This document shows, one piece after another, positions 41,904 through 53,982 of a stretch of DNA of 64,000 nt (the first letter of the stretch is position 1; the number at the start of each line of letters is the position of its first letter). The notes below the pieces were generated by a model. That model was not told where the DNA came from. It saw only the letters and a list, made by a program, of their open reading frames with translations, and did not search any database. The stretch covers positions 124,001 through 188,000 of the forward strand of contig JALDZX010000014.1 of the NCBI GenBank assembly GCA_022813865.1, in the 5' to 3' direction. The stretch comes from Xylographa opegraphella. Lineage: Eukaryota. A program made the position numbers and the translations under genes.

Positions 41904-43026
41904 CTAACTGCACTCCATCACCTCCCCCAAAATCTGCTCCATCCGATTCGCCATTAATGTCAGATGCGAGTCCCCCTGGTACACTTTCATGACCGCCCCA
42001 TGCAACTGCTCACTCATCCTCCACCCCAACACCGCCGGCGTGTTCGCATCCTCACTCCCATACCAGAATCTCACCCCTTATACCCTACATTCCTCAGCTC
42101 GAAGCCCCACGGCGCCGTTATGAGCCGGATCTCATCCGCGACCCCGTCGTTGCCCTGGCGCCAGCTCTCCCGGATATTGCGTGCGAAGATCTCCTGGATA
42201 TCTTTGCGCTGCATGAAGGCTTTGTCCTGGCCCTTGCAGCGTCCAGAGCTATCGACCAGCTTCGTCATGAGCACTGTCGGGTCCGGGTTCCGGGTGACAT
42301 CGGCGACCACCAACCCCATCAGCCGGCCCATCAGGGATGGCATCCATGCGGAGATGTTCCACAGCACGCGGACATACCATGCCATACCGGGAGTACCGAT
42401 CGACCAGGGACCCCTTGAGCAGAGCGTAATCAGCAGGCTGATGCATGCTCGGCAGAGAATATGCAAGAATTCTTCAGAAATCATGCCAGTCATAGTAGCT
42501 CTGGAATGCTTGGCGGCTCACTGACTCTTGACGACGACAGAGAAAGATTCCAATATACTTACATCCCACACACGACCCCCACCCCCAGCAGCGACTTCCG
42601 TGGCAGCGCATTCGCACACGCCAGTGCGTACGCTCCGCCCCCCGAACGGCCAATCACCCGGTATGTCTTCAGTTCCAGATGGCGAGCAAGCTGGTCGACG
42701 TGTGCGGCCCAATCGGCAACCAGTCTGTTTGGAACATAGCTCGAGAGGCCGAGGCCGGGGCGATCCACGGCGATGACCCGGATGCCGAGCTTCACGGCCG
42801 CCGGGTGCAGCTCTGCCCCTTCAATCCGGGAGCCGGGGAGGCCGTGGAAATAGAACACGGCGGGCCCGGTGGGAGAACCGTAGATGGCGTAGCCGAGGAT
42901 GCGGCTTGAAGGGAGAGTGCAGACTTGGTCGGTGAGGGTCTTGTCGGCGAGTGCGGGGAGGGAGTTGAAAAGCGGTTTTGCTGGTTCTTGAGTCGTGGGT
43001 TCGAGGTCTATGCTTGAGGTAGACAT
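41904..43026 (-). pseudogene. Alpha/beta hydrolase with a 1-nt frameshift at 42074-42077 (pseudogene or homopolymer sequencing error); intron ~42562-42415
   Basis: FHGLPGSR, DRPGLG and GRSGGG nucleophile elbow; WGF..YKG-stop, with RFWYGSEDANTP..GDSHLT continuing in the next frame. Confidence 0.75.
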
Positions 43027-44725
43027 TTCCTCTTTTGCGCTGGTAGAGTTGCAAGTACTTGACGCTGAGGATGTTTAGTATATCGATTATCTTGAATTTG
43101 GAACCACTGATCGATCACGCATGCACTTGTGAACACGGATTTTTTTCCAGTCGGTTCATTAAGGCGCGTATAGATCAAGACTCGAGTTCAAAACCAATAT
43201 AAAGCACGATGATCATAGATGAACCGCACATAACATTCAATTTTGAGGAACAAGCGTCATCGAAAAGGCATTCGAACAATAGACACACGCGCGGTTGCAA
43301 TTTGTCTGCCTCGTAGGCAATAGTGTCTCAGATTCTCAGTGACTTCTACATGTTTCTCCGTAGCTTTAACGGTATTGGCTGCCTGATAGAGAAGCCGCTC
43401 GATGTCTACTGTGTGGCACTCAACCTCAAACGCGCTAGTTTGTGCCGTGCGAATCAAGTCATGCAAATCGTGATTCGCCCCATGCTGTGCAATCCGAAGT
43501 CTGTAAGTGTAGTTACGATAGACTTATGCAAGATGATCTATATCGCATTAATCCGTATCATATCCCGCACGAAAAGCAACGACGGGAAAGGTTGAAGTAG
43601 GTAACCACACCACGGGTCAAACATTGCCACGATCATCACAATGGGCGTTGGGATTTCACCATCCTCGCCAACAAGAAAAGTGGATGAGGGACAAAAGCAC
43701 CGATTCTTCTGCGATCTACTGCAAATGCCCTCCTGAGTGTATATGCATTGGTTATGAGGTTCGTCAATACTATTGTAACGACCAACACGGAGGTTCCTAT
43801 CAACCACATGCTATGCAAGACTCGATTTCGACGCGTGACATGTTGTCTGAGGTAGGTATTCTTTTGGATCAACATCTCTATCCAGAGGTGCACTGACGGA
43901 GACCTTCGAGCCAGCAAAGAAAGCCTACCCAGCCATTGACAATTTCTTTGCGGCAAATAGCGATGGAGAAAGAATGAAGTACAAACTTCCATGCCAGCTC
44001 TGAGGTTAAATCGTTTCTATGTGGATATAAGTGCTAAGGATGTAGGTTACTAACGATGCAATGGCGAAGAGATACTAGGGGAGTGTATTATGACAACGGA
44101 TGCAACTTATGCTGCGGCTAGGAAGGTCAAGCATGCTCAGGAATTTTCTGAGCCGGAGAACCAGACTTCGTGCGTCGTAAAGTGTCAACGTTGTACGGTG
44201 TACGACGTCAGGCTCGGCGGTACCCATATAGGAGATGCTATAACATCCTCGGCACATGCGGCTATAGTGTGCCACTCGCAAAATGGAACCAGTAGTTATA
44301 GTGGGCGTCATTCTGGCGCGGGAGCATGACGGTGGCTTCCCTGTTGCCGTACACATGGATAAAGCTTGGGGGTCCTGTATGGCGAGTGTCTTGGCAAGTG
44401 AGTCTCATTCTCTTAACGGATTAGGTTTTCTTGTAGAAAGCGCTGCGTTCTTTGTAACAGACGATAACGATGCTTCCTGAATGATCTGGCGTTGGCGGGG
44501 CTCCCAGTGCGTCGTCTATTCTAGTCAGGTGCCGTAGTTTAGATGGGACGCAGCTTAGGGTACAAGCTTTTGAACGTTCTTGTAATGTGGTGTATAGTAG
44601 ATCGGCTACACAACGGCCAATCTAGCAGGCCATATTGCCATAGCAGACCATATTGCCACAGGAACTGAAATTTGGTATTATATTCCTAATATACTCTTGT
44701 GCTCTCGAGCCATCGTTGGTATTTC

Positions 44726-47700
44726 TCAGATATGACTAGGTCCATGTCGTTGATAGCCAATGGGTTCTTTCCATAAATTCTTCGGATCGAGAAGGTATTT
44801 GACCCAAGCATGATTTTCGCCAAAGAGAGCTTTAGTGCTTTCGGTAAGCTCTTCAAGAAGAACCACAGTTTCTGCTTCTTTGCCCTGCAAATTGCGGCAA
44901 TTTATAAGAGAGAAGATTGCAAGTAAGCGGTCAGGATGACCTTTACGTGGCCCTTCATGTGATTCAATAACCTCTTTCAGTATATCCTCGGCTTCTGAAT
45001 ATCTCTTCGCGTATATGAGAATACGACCGTAGTGCAGTTTTGCTAACAGCACACCAAAATGAGTTTCGCCCCAATTTCGCCTTACAATCGCGTACCCCGG
45101 GAGGAACACTGATAATGCTTCATCAATTTCGCCACGGACACCTCTAATCCTTGCAAGGTTGAGACTAGACCAAAGAGTATAGAGATGCTCTCTCCCAAGT
45201 TTTTCCTTTCGCTTTTCGAAGACCTCGTTTTGCAGCTCGAGTGCATGATCTAGATCGCCAGGATGGCCATAGCCATATGCGGCTCTATCATAATATGCCA
45301 TTGCTAGATTGTCCACGGCAATGAGTGTTTCCAGGTGGAAGCTGCCAAGCTTGTTGCGGAGACCAGGGACAACTTTCAAGTGCATATCAATTGCTTCGCT
45401 AAATCTGAAATTCTTTCCAATATCTCGACCAAGGTTACTCATGGCTTTCAATGTGTCGACGTGGTCGTCACCAAGTACCTTCCTGAAACCCTCAACGACT
45501 GTTTCGTGTATCTGCCTGGCTTCAGGAATTCGTCCTTGCTGCCATCGGCTTGTGCCAAACATGTTCATGATCTGTAGTGTCTTCAGGTCGTCTGGGCCAC
45601 GAGCCTCAATACACGCCGTTAGGACGCGCTCCTGCAGATCTGCAGCTTCGTCACCCCTCGTAAGTTGCCAATAAGTGTATGACAATAACAGCATAATATC
45701 CATTGTACGGGTGTTTTCCATCCCCAGCATTCTGTTGGCAAACTCCGCTACCTGTACTTGCAACTTTTCCGCTTCCTCAAACAGACCACATTGCGTATAG
45801 ATCACACTGAATTTCACCAGCTGCAATGCTCGGTCCCGATCAAGGCGCGGCTGTAGTACTGGTGGCCATGGTCTTTTTCTGGACTCTTGATTCTCCGAGT
45901 ACTTGGCATTGATCATACGCTCATTGCTTTGGACGTGAATGATATGTGGAAGTAGGTCGCTTTTGAAAATCTCATGTTCTTCTGTATCATCTAATGGTGG
46001 TAAAAGAATGGCCTGAGAGAGTATTGTTGCTGTTATCTGGCACCATATTGCTTGATCTGCGATGGTCATCTCCGGTCTTGCCCTAGCCCATAGATGAACT
46101 GCTGGATGCATAGAATAACTATCGTCGTTAGGGTCTGGATTGGCAAATATCAGTGACAGCTGGAAAAGTTGTTTCAGGGCTTCTCGTAGTCTTAATTCAT
46201 CAAATGTCCCCGATTGAAGCCCATCTCTAATGAACTGTGGTAAAGCTGGACAGTTACCCAGTCCAACAAGATAAGTGAGAATATCGAGGCCGATGGTTCT
46301 TACGGTCTGCGCTATCGTCCGATTGAGTTTCATTTGACTAGCAGTTGATCTCTGCTCCTGCTCTCTTCGTTCTTGCTCTAGTAATTCCCGTTTTGGGTTG
46401 CGGGATGCTCTTAAAAAGATGTCCACCCGGATGTGTTGACGATGAAAGAAAGAGAATATTTTCAACAAGTCCAGTGCGTCCTTGGAAGCCTGTGTTCCTT
46501 GGGACAATAGTCCGTTGTGTATGAGTTCGTAGCTGGAATATATAGCAGCATTCGCATCTGAAATCGATTGTGCATCAATCGAACCCCTCCTTCTTCTGAG
46601 ACGTGTCCAGTTCTTTTCAAAGAAACTTAAGTAATTTTCGAGTGTACAGAGGCGAATTAGAATAGTCTTTCCTGCATGCATAAGAGCTAGTGGTAAGTAG
46701 CCCAAGGCCTTGCAGATCTCCTCGGCCGATTCTACGGTGGATTGTGGCCAAGGTGATGGCTTGTCGGCGGCTTTTAGGAGTAGCTCAACTGACGCAGTTT
46801 GGTCAAGCTCGGCGAATTCGTAATAACGGGGACCAATCGTACCATGCACTTTGAGAATCGGGTTTCGTGTTGTAATAAGTGTAACACCACTCTCACCTTC
46901 CGGATAATAGTCCTCGGTGGGAAAGCTGACTTCATCGGCGTTGTCAATAATGAGAAGCCATGGCCGCTCCTTTCCAAGGCTAGAAAGCCAGCTTTTGGCA
47001 GCGCGCTCGTTTGGCTCGACTTTACCAATTCTTGCAATTGTTGAGAAGGACTGCTTCGCATGCTCGGTGGAGCTCGCGTCGACCCAGAAGACACCCCAAA
47101 AGCTGGTATTTGTTCTTAGCTCTGAAATAAATCTGAGAATGGAACTAATGCTCACCTTTGCTGGTTGTCTGAAGCAAATTTGCAACAGAATTGTGTCTTG
47201 CCTGATCCTGGCAAGCCATAGACCACAAACCTTTTCAGTGTTTGAAGTTCGTTGGGTGAAGTTGAAGCCTGAAGGCAGCGTTTCAAGGTATCTAGTTCGT
47301 CCTTCCTACCAGTGAACATACTACTGACAGTCTGGGGAGCATAGAAGTGCTCATTCAGAGATGCTAGTGGTACGATTTTTTGTGCGGATCGTAAAGCGTG
47401 CACGAGCTTCGAAATTACCTTCCATTATTGAGAAATTGAGGTATGAGTAACTCACAGTTTTCTCAGCGGACAATTCGATAGCTGCTGGCAGAGAATCGAC
47501 GGCGGACTGTAAATCAGCCCTTAAATCTTGAAGTTTGTTTGATAGCTCTGAAAAGGATTCGTTGGTGGTGGACTGTGAGTTTCGAGTGTAAATACTAAAT
47601 GATTATTGATTAGTCAAAGCTGAATATATACACGAACAAACCAACATATTGACTGCTGCTAAATTCGTCTGCAAGGCAGTTTGGTGAGCATTAAGCTTTT

Positions 47701-48106
47701 GCCGTAGCTTTATGAAGTCGTCGTCCTTGGACTGCTGCCTCAAGTATTTTCGTAGGGCCTCGGTTTTGACATGTTTGGAACCTCCACTCCCTACAACTTT
47801 GGTAATCAAGTCTTTCAAGCGGTTTATGATATCATGACAACCTGCCAAAGTGGATTGAGTTGCTTGCCAGTGATTCGAGACAATCTCCTGGTCATTCACA
47901 TCCGCAATTCCGGCCAGATGGACCTCGAAACTTCGTTTTATTAGGTTACTCACAGAACGCAGTGCTGTGACCTCTTTTGCGAGATCTTCTAGGTCTTCAT
48001 CAACCTTGTGAAACCCGTCTTTTGCTTGTCTCAAAAATAGTACGAAGCGTATGCAAACATCAGCCAGACCGACCGTTCCTGCAATGATCGAAAATGGGTC
48101 TGCCAT
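44726..48106 (-). CDS. Fungal NLR-like STAND protein: HeLo-like/SesA N-terminus, NB-ARC, TPR array (3 introns, ~1075 aa)
   Basis: MADPFSIIAGTVGLADVC N-terminus; FTGR; P-loop GLPGSGKTQ; VFWVDAS; WLLIIDNAD; LITTRN; LGYLPLAL; MHP; TPRs such as LGDDHVDTLKAMSNLG. Confidence 0.9.
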
Positions 48107-48929
48107 AGAGCAAAGTTTGTTTTCTTTGTGGAAGATGTTCCACCATAAGGCTCACTGAACAGTGGACAAGAGAAAATGTTATGAGGATATGTGTGACGGA
48201 AGACATACTCTCATCCTTGCCGCTTTGAAGCGGCGTCAAGAGGTTGTTAGCATCCATTGCGGACTCCGCAACACGAACCACCTTCTGTCAGCTCCTTGAT
48301 TTGTTACACTGTAAAGTAAATGGACGTCGGGAATCAGGCGCTCTTGATTTGTACCGCATTCGCCCTGCCCACCAAGATATCGAGCTAACGCAGTGTACCC
48401 TAGTCTAGATACAGGACTTTTCTATTTTGGCGTTACGGCGCTTCCACGGCGGCAATCATTGGCTACAAGATGTAACACTACTACAGGGTTTGGACGGCAA
48501 GGCCCCGGCATCGTTGCACCAGGTTTCAATGAGAAAGGAGGCGCGAACGCGGACTCCCGCTTAGACGGGTGTCCCGACGCCACCCGATGACTTGTCTGCC
48601 GCACTTGCAATTACTGCTACGGCATGAAATAGACCGACCTTTAGCCACGCATGTTTCTATAATCTTGGACTGAAGCGCTGAAGACGTATTTCATTCGGCT
48701 TTCCAAAAGCATGGCTTTGAAGATACTACGTTGACAAGGTGACTTTGCGGACCAACTTTCGAAAAATGCTTCTCCACACTTATTGAATTATATCGTGTTC
48801 AGTTATTGATTCGTATCGTGCCCAGTTTATACAGCGTATATCTCATGTCAACAAAGGTTCCTAAATTCAAGATGAGACTGCTAGCGTAACAATGATCTCT
48901 ATACCTCCGAAAACCATTGACTTGATTAT

Positions 48930-50578
48930 GATAGAGAGATACCAAGTGCGGAAACCCGACTAGCTGTACAGATGGTCACTTGCCTTGGATGCCGTCAAGT
49001 GAGATTTTGCTGCGTGGAGTAAGGAGGAAAGAAGCTCTCTCGCTCTTCGCAGATTTATTTGCTACATTGGGGCTGGCGGTTGAGCTTACTATCCGCGGTG
49101 GTACTGGGTATGCTACGAAGGACCCGGAGAATATATAAGCGGTCTTGTCATCCCAATTTGAAGGCGTGGAGCCGCGTTAGAACATGTCCATGAATCCTCC
49201 ACATCATGCGGAAAACTTAACCTCAGACGTTCGTTAGACAGCCATCTCGGACCTCGAGATTTGGCCATGAAGGCTATGATCGGAGAAGACATTTCACTCA
49301 GGATGGTGTGCCCTGGGAACATTCCCGAGAACTTCTGCGCCGCCAGTTTGTACGCATGCAATACCAGAATCTCGAAGGCTTCCGTGAGCACGTGGAGAAT
49401 CTAGTGGACGCGATTAGTGCATCTCCAGGCATTGTGGATCTTCAACCGCTCTTCTTCCGCTTTACCCTCAATACTACAGTTTCTATGATACTCGGTCAAT
49501 CTGTTGAGATCTTCAAGCACGAGATAGGCGATGAATTCTCAAAGTCATTTAACAAAGCTTCCTTAGTGACTGCTACTCGTGTCAGACTTGGTGGTCTCTA
49601 TTGGCTGTATGCCCCGAAGGGCTTCGCTGCAGCTTGCAAGGCTGTCAAGGCATACACAGACCAGTTCGTCAAGGATGCCTTACAGCAAGACCGTAATCAG
49701 TTGAAGGTTTCGGACCAATACACATTTATTACTGATCTGATGAATGAGCACCAAGACCTGCATCTTGTGAGAGACCAGGTGATAAATGTGCTCATCGCAG
49801 GCCGCGATACGACTGCGGCCACCATGTCCTACGTTTTGTAAGTTTATCTGCCTTGATGTTAAAGCATAGCTAAGGCAGCCTTTGAAGCCGTCTGCTCGTA
49901 AGATAACCCGATGTACTCAAAAAGCTTCGCAGTGAAATCGAGTCAGTCCTCGGCCAGGAAAGAATGTTACTAGGGGACATATCCAGCGCATGTCTTACCT
50001 TCATAACGTAATAAAAGAGAGTGCGTATTGTAGTGCCGGATCCAAATTCATCAGCTCTGATCCAGGCTAACTGCAGAACCGTAGCGCTGCGTCTGTATCC
50101 ACCAGTACCAATCAATACTCGCCTATGCAAGGAAACATCCACCCTTCCACTGGTTGGTGGCCCAGATGGCCGATCTCCCCTTCTTGTTCGAAAAGGTATG
50201 CCTGTCGCATACACAGTGTGTCACATGCAACGACGCATGGATTTCTATGGGTCCGATGCCGACGAATTCCGGCCAGAGAGATGGGAAGGTCCCGAGCTCG
50301 CTGACATCAAATGGGGCTATTTGCCGTTCAACGGAGGGCCTCGACTTTGCCTTGGCAGTAAGTTGCATCGATGCCCTTTCAATCAGCACGATTGTTGATG
50401 TTCGGTTCCAGAGGACTTTGGGCTCATGCTTGCGTCATACGGGATTGCGAGAATCATTCAGAGCTACCCGAAGATCGAACTTGCTCCTGGAGAGACATTA
50501 CAGAAACCCGGCGAGGAGCGGCAACAGCTTACTCTCACTCTTTCGAGCGCAAAAGGTTGCAAAGTGCTCATAGAGTAA
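48930..50578 (+). pseudogene. CYP52-like cytochrome P450 pseudogene
   Basis: DPENI*AVL (TAA 49136), IFTQDG, DLQPLFFRFTL, AGRDTTA, RLLVR*P (TAA 49904), frameshift ~49960, ETLRLYPPVP, FRPERW, YLPFNGGPRLCLG. Confidence 0.85.
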
Positions 50579-52297
50579 ACACACACCAGTGGGAAAGCCC
50601 CGCAGCGGTAGATTTTTTGAAGTCAGAAGCATACATGAGGGATCTTGTTCGCATGGCCATGTTAGCCTCTGGGATACCGAAGCTCGGCTATTACCGAACT
50701 CCACTAGGTCCTAGTAAGACCTAGGGTAGGTCTATCATGATCAAGTGCTTACTCTCCAATAGCCAAGCGGTTCTCTTCCCGAGCGTGAAGAGTCAGGACT
50801 GGCAACTCCCACGGTCACATACCACAGAAGTTCAGAAGCCTCTCACCACCCTGCGCTGTTCAAAAGGAACAGGAGCTCAAGACATCTATAACACTAATGT
50901 ACTTAGGATAGGTTTATATAATACAATTAGGAGGCCTATAACTTTCTCCGGGCCTTGTAAAGCGGAGAATCTTGTCGCACGAGTACTTGATATGGAGTAA
51001 GGTATAATCCAAATCCGGAGCTCAATTCGTTCAATGGATCACCGCTACAGTCTCATACTATCAATTTTCTTATTATTTTAATTCTACATTGAATACAATT
51101 ACCTTGAGACAGTCAGTCAATTGAACTTTCTTCAATGTAACAATGCACATAAGTCACGCTCAACTTCCTTTCAATGTTGACTGCGATACTGTTGCTGTGA
51201 TTTAATCATTACCTACTCTAAACTTGTTAGGGTTAGTTAGGAGCAAGCTTTCAATCGTGCTAAGAGAATAGCATCTTTAAGGTCTGCCTGTCCAGTGCCT
51301 CTTCCACCGACTGAGGGACCTCTATAGCCATGGCGCTTGTGAGGCCCATTTGCTCGAGCGGGTACTCTAAGGCGGGATTCTTTGTGAGACTTTACCATTT
51401 GCTCGAGCATAGTCATCCAAGCAAGATGCTGGGTGCTTACCCGCACAGGCTACGATGGCAAATGCAATCGTAACTATGGGCGAGGAGGCTCAGTGTCTGC
51501 GGAGGAGCCGAAGTGGCTCATGTCCGAATATGCGGGGGATGTGCCAGCAGATGCAATAGCACGATCGTTACCGTTGCACTATCGTTCTCCCAAGCGAGCG
51601 TTCGAGGCCACCTTCGATATTGAGCTTCACGCACGAGATCCAGGAAGACAGTTCAAGGAGCTGTAAGTATGGGTTTAGAGAAAACGGGGACCTCTGCGAG
51701 CAAAGCGTCGATGAGGCTCTCGAGTTCTACAAGTATCAAAGAAGTACTGCTTAGACGAGTCCAATTGTACCATGATACGACAGGGTGACTAATGACATTA
51801 CCATAATCAAAGCCTATCGGAGCGGGAATACACAATCCTTTCGAAGACCAGTAGCTTGTAGTGCACACTCTTGTACAACAAGCCTCATAAACTCGTAGCA
51901 GCTCACCATTGGTGAGTTGGATCGAACACCGCCAAGCTACGCTAAAACGGCTAGAAAGGCAAGCTGAGGTTTTCTACCAGGATAAGTGAAGCCGGGCTTG
52001 GCTCGGCTGGAGCCGAGGCCCCAGGAAATGTTCAACCAATTGCTTCCGCCCGCGTAGCTGTCACACGCCGAGGTCATTTCCTCCCAGCTGAGAGAGCTTC
52101 ACCAGAAAGACTCAAGGCACGCGAAACCCTCCATACTAGTCTATACACTCACAGCAGTTCAGCATCGACCATGATCCAGCGGTGGTAGCAGCTTGCGACA
52201 GCGTCGGCCTCGTAATAGCCAGCCTCACCGCTTCTACCCACCAAAGGCTTCTCACGACAATCCAGTCCTCCCCTTCTACCAATCTCTCCTCCAAGCA

Positions 52298-53424
52298 ATG
52301 CACATCCTGCTCTCCCTCCTTCTTCAGCTTCTGGCCCTCTACCTCCTCCTCACCATGCTCCTCCTCGCCCTCTCCCTCCTCACCACGCACCCTCTCCACT
52401 CCTTCCTCTACCGCCTGCTAGCCTCCTACCTCGCCCTCCTCCTCTGCGCCACCTACGGCGTGCTCGCCTCCCTCATCCTCCTGATCTCGCCCCCGCACCG
52501 CTCCGCCCAATGGGCCACCGCCCGCGCCTTCAAGCACACCATGGCCCTCCTCACCGGCATCTCCTTCGAGATCCTCTCCGGGCAGCAGCACCTGCTCACC
52601 CGCCCGGCCGTCTTCGTCGGCAACCACCAGACGGCGCTGGACGTGCTGTTCCTCGGCGAGATCTTCCCGCCGCACTGCTCCGTGACGGCGAAGCAGAGCC
52701 TGAAGCGGGTGCCGTTCCTGGGCTGGTTCATGGCGCTGAGCGGGACGGTCTTCATCGACCGCGCGGACCGCGCCACCGCGCTGCGCGCGTTCGCCGGCGC
52801 GGCCAGGGAGATGCGTGAGCAGCGGCAGAGCGTGTTCATCTTCCCCGAGGGCACGAGGAGTAATGCCGAGGAGGCGCGCCTGCTGCCGTTCAAGAAGGGA
52901 GCCTTCCACCTGGCGATCCAGGCCGGGGTGCCGATCGTGCCGGTGGTGGCGGGCTGCTACTGGGGCGTGCTGGGTGTCCGGGAGAGGCGGTTCCGAGGAG
53001 GGCGCATACCGGTTGTGGGTGAGTGATACGCCAAACTGTGCTTTCCTATCTCGCCCCTAGAAGCCGCATGCTTCCTCCCTCTCCGCGTGCGGAATTGCGC
53101 TATGGCGAGCTAACCTCCCTCCTAACCACAGTCCTCCCGCCCATCCCCACCGCGCACCTCACGCCCGCCGACGTCGAGGACCTGACGCGCCGGACCCGCG
53201 ACGCGATGCTCGACGCCTTGGTCCGACTCACAAACTCGCCGCGGGGCCAGCACGCGGCGAACCCGGCGCTGAAGCCGCTCACCACGCCTGCACCGCCGTT
53301 CTTATCTTTGGAGGAAGCGTTGGCGGACGGGAGGGAAAAAGCTGCAGGGAGTGGAACTTCTGCGCGGGAAGAGGGGCCGGATCAGCTGCGGCGGCATGGG
53401 CACGGACACGGAGAAGTGATATAA
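52298..53424 (+). CDS. SLC1: 1-acyl-sn-glycerol-3-phosphate acyltransferase (intron ~53019-53130)
   Basis: NHQTALD, AKQSLKRVPFLGWFM, FIDR, FPEGTRS, PFKKGAFHLA motifs. Confidence 0.93.
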
Positions 53425-53982
53425 AGAAACAGGGGGGCCTAGATGGCAGAGCTAGATGGCGAAAGAAGGGTCGGTAGATGTGAGGATGGGATTGGGAGGT
53501 GCAGCTAGCACAGGGAGGAAGACCATTTAGCTGGGACGGAGACGATATGTATAGAGCTCGGGGGCGGGTGCACAGAGGGAGGAAGTGCCACGGGACGGTG
53601 CGTGTACGTCGCCGACGGGTAGCGGCAGGTTATGCGGAAAAGCGTTGCTCGGGATTTAGAGTGGAAACGTAGTCCCACAAAGGCATCGACCGCAAGAGGA
53701 TCACGAAGGGCCAAACAAGCGTGCTGACTAGGAAGACCACGAATATCATCATAAACATAAGTGAAAGGTATCCAACGAACTGGAAAATGCCTCTCAGGCA
53801 CATGCGAACATGCTATCGAGACAAGTGTCAGACCCCTTCAGGGTGTGGTTGAGCTGTACCACCCTACCTATCAAGGCGTGAGCGCTCGACCCTGCACCGT
53901 TGCAAGCAACCGTAGGTACTCCCGTATGAAAACCAAAATCATCGAAAAGCCTTTTCTACAATTATGTGCACGCTCCGAAGCC

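Noticed and set aside
44623..44658. 2 x 18-bp imperfect tandem repeat 3' of the NLR
   Set aside because: Ordinary local slippage duplication with no further structure.
41904..48106. Hydrolase plus NLR as a SesB/amyloid signalling pair
   Set aside because: The hydrolase is an FHGxPGSR type rather than SesB-like, and neither gene shows a convincing N/G/Q-rich amyloid motif.
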